NCBI GenBank assembly: GCA_964016885.1
Contig: OZ024742.1
Span: 38,750,001 to 38,814,000 of the forward strand
DNA length: 64,000 nucleotides
From: Eledone cirrhosa
Lineage: Eukaryota
Reading direction: 5' to 3'
How positions within the stretch are numbered: the stretch's first letter is position 1; each line of letters begins with the position of its first letter. A program made the position numbers and the translations under genes. Below are positions 58,257-64,000 of the stretch, in pieces. The notes under the pieces were generated by a model. It was not told the origin of the DNA. It worked only from the letters and a program-made list of their open reading frames with translations, and ran no database searches.

Positions 58257-60074
58257 CAGATTAAAGTTTATGTATATATATATACATGTATACATACATT
58301 CAGACCATTTTAGGATCTGTTAACTGCCTCTACCATGTGGGCGTCTTTCGTGGTTTCTCTTTCCCTCCAGACAGATTTTAGAGAGCACAAGCTGGAGTCT
58401 CACTAAAAACATTTTAGAGAAAAGCGAACTTCTTAACCACATATCCCTACCTGAAAATATGTTTGTATGAACTTATATATACGCAATACGTTTTTCTATG
58501 CTGGTGAGTGTCTGTATAAATCAATATATACACAATATATAATCCACTTCAACTGGAGATCTACGATAATGCATCGATATTCATTTCTGTCTGTCGCTCC
58601 ACCATTCTATAACAGGTTATGGCATTGCTGCCGTGTGAGTTAACATTGACGGCAAGCCAAAGACAGTTTCTCATTTTCGAATGATTATTCTTAGAGCTAG
58701 TCAGAATATTGAATTCCCGAAAATTCATTTCACTGTCATCCAAGTTAAATGTAGTGCAGTTTTTAAATTGATGTATGGAAGCTTCACGAAACACTACAAT
58801 GTCTGAAATCGGATAGAAATTTGAACACCATAACAATAAAATTAAAGAATATAACGAAAATTTATTGTTTCTTTTCTTTTATGGTATTTTAATGTCATAA
58901 GATGTTTTTCAAATAAAATAGAGAAATAAAAAGTAAAAGGAAAACAAAGGATTTAGAAAGAAAATTGAGCGCTGCCTGTCGTGGCAGAGATTGAAAATGT
59001 TCATATTGAAATGATGCATAGATATTCCTGCTGGTTTGTCATAGCTGCGTTCCATGACAGACTATCCCTATTTGGATGTAACAGAATAAATCAGTGATTG
59101 TCTCGGAGAATAATTATTCGGAAACAGCGTGTGAGAATTTTCAACAATACATCTGTTGGACCTCTGTTGGTTCCAATGATCAGTTTTCCATTCTCATGGA
59201 ATTAACGTATAAGTGACTGAGTATTCTACAGACACGCATACACTTAACGTAATTCTCAGAGAAATTTAGTGTGGCACAATGCATGAAAAGGTTGGATCCT
59301 TTGAATTACAGGTATAACTCTTTTTTTTTACTACCTGAGTGGACAGAAGTAACGTAAAATAAACTGATTTTCTCAAGTATACAACGCATTGCCTGTTCCA
59401 TAAATTGAACACACGACCTTACGATTGTATCCCCAGCATCATAACCACTAAGCCGCGCGCCTGACTGCTATTAAACAATGATTCGAAAACGGGAAATTAT
59501 CGTCAGCCTTCCATGAAGACTAACTGTAATTCCATTCTGCTATTCCCATTGTATTTCTAAATTTAAGATTGATGGCATCAAGAATGGTCTTATTGATTAC
59601 TTTAAATTTAATTTTGGCTTGGTTGATTAATTTGCATTCAAGATACACTATAAGCGGTGCATGAAAGCTAACTCTGAAAATCGCATGACAGACGTGAGTA
59701 GTTTTCCTTACACCGCCATAGCCGAAGCCAATAGCAGCCATATTATCTGTGATTAAAAAAAATACAATGTTCTATTCCTACAATTGTAAAATAGCTTTTT
59801 TTTTTAGATAATACCGTAAGATTGAGGGAGGAGGAGGGGGGGGGGGGGTTAAAGAAACAAAATAAAACGAAGCAGTCTTGCAAATGTTTTAACAGAAATT
59901 TCTTAATCGCTATTTCTGTTTACAACAAAATAGGAAACGTCCTGAAAATATTTCCTTTATTTATTCCAGTTCATAGTCATTGCATTGAATTCTGGGACAT
60001 CCTTGATTCCTCTTTCCATGGATCATACCATCTTTGAGTTCTGTGACGAATAAGGATTTCTAGTATCATAAAAT

Positions 60075-60262
60075 ATTTGTTTCTACTTTTGGCACAAGGA
60101 CAGCAATTATCCCAGTGCATTACTGGTACTTTATTTTATCGACTCCGTAAGGATGAAAGGCTAAGTTAACCTCGGCGGGATTTGAGCTCGGGCCGTAAAG
60201 GGACGTAACTCTATGCTGTAAAGCATGGCGTCCGATCCTCTACCGATACTGCCAATCCACCG
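60075..60262 (-). mobile_element. SINE family 1
   Basis: Consensus match. Confidence 0.85.
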
Positions 60263-60386
60263 TCTGAGTTCTGTGACCAATAATGATAACTCTAACCGAT
60301 GTCCCTTAAGTTCATCTCATATAAATATAAACTTTTAAAACTCTTCCTCCGATGTTGAGAACTCTGTTCACACACACACACACACG

Positions 60387-60437
<51 letters not shown>

Positions 60438-61965
60438 AGGCATGGTTGTGTGCTTAAGGAGTTCGTTTGGCAACCACTGGTTTCAAGTTCAGTCCCATGG
60501 AGTGGCATCAAGGGCAAGTGTCTTTTACTATAGCCTCGTCTTGCTCAATGCCTTGTCAAAGAAATTTAGTACAATGGATTTGTGTGGGAGCCCGTGGTAC
60601 ACACACATAGTCATATATTTGTATATTTATATGCATTAGTCCAGTTTATACGAAACAGTGAAATGTGTAGTTACAACTATTTTAGGAAAGCAAATTAAGA
60701 ATAAAATTATAGCAACAGTTTGCACTTTTATCCTTATCTCATGGTATTTCGGAGTTAAAATCCACTTTTAGAAAAGAAAAAGTAAATGTAGCCTGGTTGT
60801 GGTGGCTGTGGAGGATCCCGAAAGGATAAAAGGCAAAGTTGAAATTGCCTGGATTTGAAGTCAAAACGCCAAGAACCGGAACGAATAACGCCGAGAGGTA
60901 TTGTATTCAAAGGCGGTGAATTGGCGGAGTCGTTAGAGTGTTGTATTAAAAATGCCACGATAAATATTCGGCTAACTGTGCTCTGAGTTCAAATCCTGCT
61001 GAAGTCAACTTTTCCTTTCATCATTTCGAGGTCAATAAATAAAGAACAATTACTAGAGTTGGTTCTACCTCTTTCTCTGGAAGAAATCGGCCGTGTTCCT
61101 GGAGAGGGAAGAGCTTTGCCAAGTTTATAATGCTCAAGACACGCCATGTGTCAGGATGGCGTTCCTACGACTCCATCACAAGTTAAGAGCTCTTTACATT
61201 ATACCCATATTTTATTCGATGTTTGGTAAACTAGTCTGCAAATTTGCTGCATAGCGAACAGAAATATACGCACGCAAATATTATTGCCTGTAACAATTTG
61301 AATTTTAATGTTGATAATTTATATCGTTCGTAGAATAATAGGACAAATTTACTTTACGCGTAAATGTCTGTAATATTTCAACATTTTCAACATAAAATGT
61401 TCGGTATGAAATTTCACATTAATAATATTATATAAATTACTGTAGAAATATCAGAATTTCAAATTTTCTCCGTTAAACTATATAAACAAATTATACAGTC
61501 ACAAAACAACTATAAAACATTTTTTAGTAGTTAGAAACTATCTATTTAACAATTCGAGAATCTACAACCACAGTTTCTTTGTCCATAATTTTATAGACGT
61601 TTCCAACCCTCGCAGATCTCATTTCCAGGTATATTGTCGACTTAATTTTACCGTCTCCATTATTGTAGACATGTGTATTATATATATATATTAAAAAATG
61701 AACTTTAAAATATGTGTGGGTGTCCGTATGCATGTGTTTGCCTATAGGTACTTAAAAATGAATGCCTTTTATATGTGTATATTTAATATGTATATTTAAT
61801 GTGTATGTATATTTAATATGAATTAATGTGTATATTTCTCTAAATATAGTTTTTTTTAAAGAATCCATATTCTTTAAAATCCCTTAGACAATAACCTACA
61901 CCCCTCATAATCACCACCAACTACCAGAAAAACGTATAAATACCACCATAACACAATCACAGTTT

Positions 61966-62090
61966 GCTTTCTTGATGATTTCCTTCGAATGAAACAGTTC
62001 TAGTCCTGTGGAAGCCATTTCTATATTAAATATTGCATATACTCTACTATGTATTGAGTACCTTACCCCCCACCCCCCGATTGAACCCGG

Positions 62091-62093
<3 letters not shown>
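61966..62093 (+). mobile_element. Family A terminus with a degenerate HHR (C3>U, GUG triplet)
   Basis: GCTTTC-TTGATGA-TTTC CTTC GAAT-GAAA-CAG..CTG-TG-GAAGC; tail as at 48854-48928. Confidence 0.7.
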
Positions 62094-62129
<36 letters not shown>

Positions 62130-62380
62130 TAGCGAGGTTTTTTATATGAAATCGTGTGTCGAAACAGATATTGTTATACTTGGGGAGGGTCATATTTGCG
62201 TAATATTGCCAGAATTAATAACAGAACACACTCACTATTTGGTTGGTTTTCGCTTCTCGCTGTCTTTTATATCTGCGATCTAACTTACTCGGTCCTCAAT
62301 GTTGCCATTGACTGACCGACGGTCAAAAACAATACAGATACAATATAGACACAAACACATATATATAGTTTACATAATTT

Positions 62381-62421
62381 ACATAAATCTTTCGTTGCAC
62401 ATCTGCAACATCGTCAGTGGT
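62381..62421 (-). ncRNA. Type I HHR in PLE 3' UTR
   Basis: Minus strand: CA-CTGACGA-TGTTGCA GATG TGCAAC-GAAA-GATT-TA-TG; same architecture as 42811. Confidence 0.65.
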
Positions 62422-62703
62422 GTTATATTTTTTCTTTTTTCCTCCTGTTGTGTTGTATGTCTACGCCATTTTTTATTCAGTCTGTCTATATATTTATTTA
62501 TTTATTTGCTTGTTTGTTTATTTTATTTTGTCTTCTTTGCGCATGCGTTTGCGTGTGTGTATAGTGTTATGTGTGTGCTGTGTGACTAGTGTGTATAGTG
62601 TTGTGTCTGCTGGGTGACTAGTGTGTGTTTATGTGCTTGTTGTTATTGTGCTTGTGTATGTATTTATTTATCTTATTTTATTTTATTTTATTTATTTACT
62701 TAT

Positions 62704-63999
62704 TTATACTTCTCTTAGGTCAGTGTTGTTTGTTTGGGCGTTGTTGTTGTTCCACTCATTCTTTCTGTTTAGCTTAGGTCTTCTAATTTCTATTTCACTG
62801 GCCTCTCTGATTTGCCTATCTGCTGGGTCATTCCTATGTTTAGATATTATTCTAATTTCTATGTTGTCTATGTTACCGTCATGTTGTTGTCTAGCATGTT
62901 CGTATAGTACAGACCCGTTTTTTCGTCCTTTTAGTTCCCCCCAGTGTTGGTCTATCCTTTCACCTATGCTACGAGCTGTCTCACCTATGTATGTTGTTGT
63001 CATGTTTCTGCAAGTACCCTCTGTACATCTTATGCTATAGACTACGTTTCTAGTTTTACAGTTTATCCGGGGGTTCACCTTACATATGATACATTTCCTA
63101 TTGGTACAGTGGGTTTTCTTAAAAGGGTAGGTTTTGCTGATCAGGGATTTTATGGTGGTTCCTGGCTTTTCTACCACCTTTATTTTTAAGTGGGTCTTTC
63201 TCAGGGCCTTTCTACACTGGTTAGCTAATTTCCCTCCGGGGATGGCGTCCACAAACATGACACTCTGATATCTCTGGTTGTCGTACCATGATGTGGCCTT
63301 CCCTATCTTATGTCTAGCCCTATCTAAGCTATTCCATGATTTGCTCCTGTATAGTGGGAAAATTCCTTTCATGTCCAGTTCTATGAGGGTCTTATACTTT
63401 TCCATGGCTCCTTCGTATACTCTGACTCTGTCTCTTTGGTTGTAGCCAGAGAACTGCATGCGGTTGATGAAGTGTTGGGTGTGTCCTTCCATTTCTGTTG
63501 GGTCGCACATGCTGGACACATTCTTCATCACTCGTACCAAATCTGCGATCAGAATATTAAACTTAGCACTACTGGACATTGCTGAGTTTTTGAGTATCAG
63601 GTATTTGGAGGCCATGGGTTTAGCATAGTGTGAGTGGAGAATTTGGGCTCTCTCGTCTGTAGTGTTAATCCAGAGTTCTGTGTCTAATACAGGTAGTCTA
63701 TTGTTAGGGTGTTTGGAAGGGAAGTCGATAGTTACAGTTATACTCTGGTGTATGGAATTAGCTATCTGCTGGATGCTTTCCATCGTGCTACGTTCTAAAT
63801 CAAACTTGTTGGTGCTCTCTAGTGGGGGCGTTCTTATAACTATATTGATATCGTCTACATAACGAGAGTACATGATGAGGTCTATGGAGCTTTCATTAAG
63901 GAGATCTTTAAGTCTCCTTTCCCACCATACCATGAAAAGGTTGGCAACATCACCAGCTATGCTAACGCCGATGGCTGCTCCCTCATTTTGGGTGTAGAT
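62704..63999 (-). CDS. PLE reverse transcriptase (motifs B', C, thumb) + Cys linker + GIY-YIG endonuclease; open to the window edge
   Basis: IYTQNEGAAIG..VANLFM, YSRYVDD, LPVLD, CTNRKCIIC, NVVYSIRC..YIGETARSIGERIDQH, RQIREA..PKLN; no stop in about 430 codons. Confidence 0.92.
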   Translation of the reverse strand: MYTQNEGAAIGVSIAGDVANLFMVWWERRLKDLLNESSIDLIMYSRYVDDINIVIRTPPLESTNKFDLERSTMESIQQIANSIHQSITVTIDFPSKHPNNRLPVLDTELWINTTDERAQILHSHYAKPMASKYLILKNSAMSSSAKFNILIADLVRVMKNVSSMCDPTEMEGHTQHFINRMQFSGYNQRDRVRVYEGAMEKYKTLIELDMKGIFPLYRSKSWNSLDRARHKIGKATSWYDNQRYQSVMFVDAIPGGKLANQCRKALRKTHLKIKVVEKPGTTIKSLISKTYPFKKTHCTNRKCIICKVNPRINCKTRNVVYSIRCTEGTCRNMTTTYIGETARSIGERIDQHWGELKGRKNGSVLYEHARQQHDGNIDNIEIRIISKHRNDPADRQIREASEIEIRRPKLNRKNEWNNNNAQTNNTDLREV

Positions 64000-64000
64000 T

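Larger units (their letters stand above)
62128..64000 (-). mobile_element. Penelope-like retroelement, 3' part, ending in (TA)n; continues beyond the window
   Basis: RT+GIY-YIG ORF, 3' UTR HHR and family C terminal motif at 62128-62195. Confidence 0.9.

Overview
AT-rich, repeat-saturated animal DNA. The SINE families and microsatellite load suggest an octopod cephalopod (inference). No host protein-coding gene can be firmly supported, and most ORF-track entries are microsatellite artefacts. The recognisable content is mobile DNA: Penelope-like retroelements (PLEs; one RT+GIY-YIG ORF open to the right edge, two GIY-YIG fragments), 3' remnants of CRE, R4/Dong and RTE LINEs, an internally deleted mariner, Helitron pieces, MITEs, many tRNA-derived SINEs and a 3.2-kb (GGT)n array. 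The most striking signal is about 18 type-I hammerhead-ribozyme (HHR) motifs from several families, mostly in short inserts inside (TA)n tracts. Several sit in fold-back palindromes whose apex is in or next to the ribozyme and whose outer boundary is fixed per family. Variants include U3-A8 compensated cores, an 8-nt core and a 70-nt domain II. This reads as a (TA)n-targeting PLE/ribozyme system, with a possible autonomous driver at 62-64 kb. All folds and translations were done by eye.
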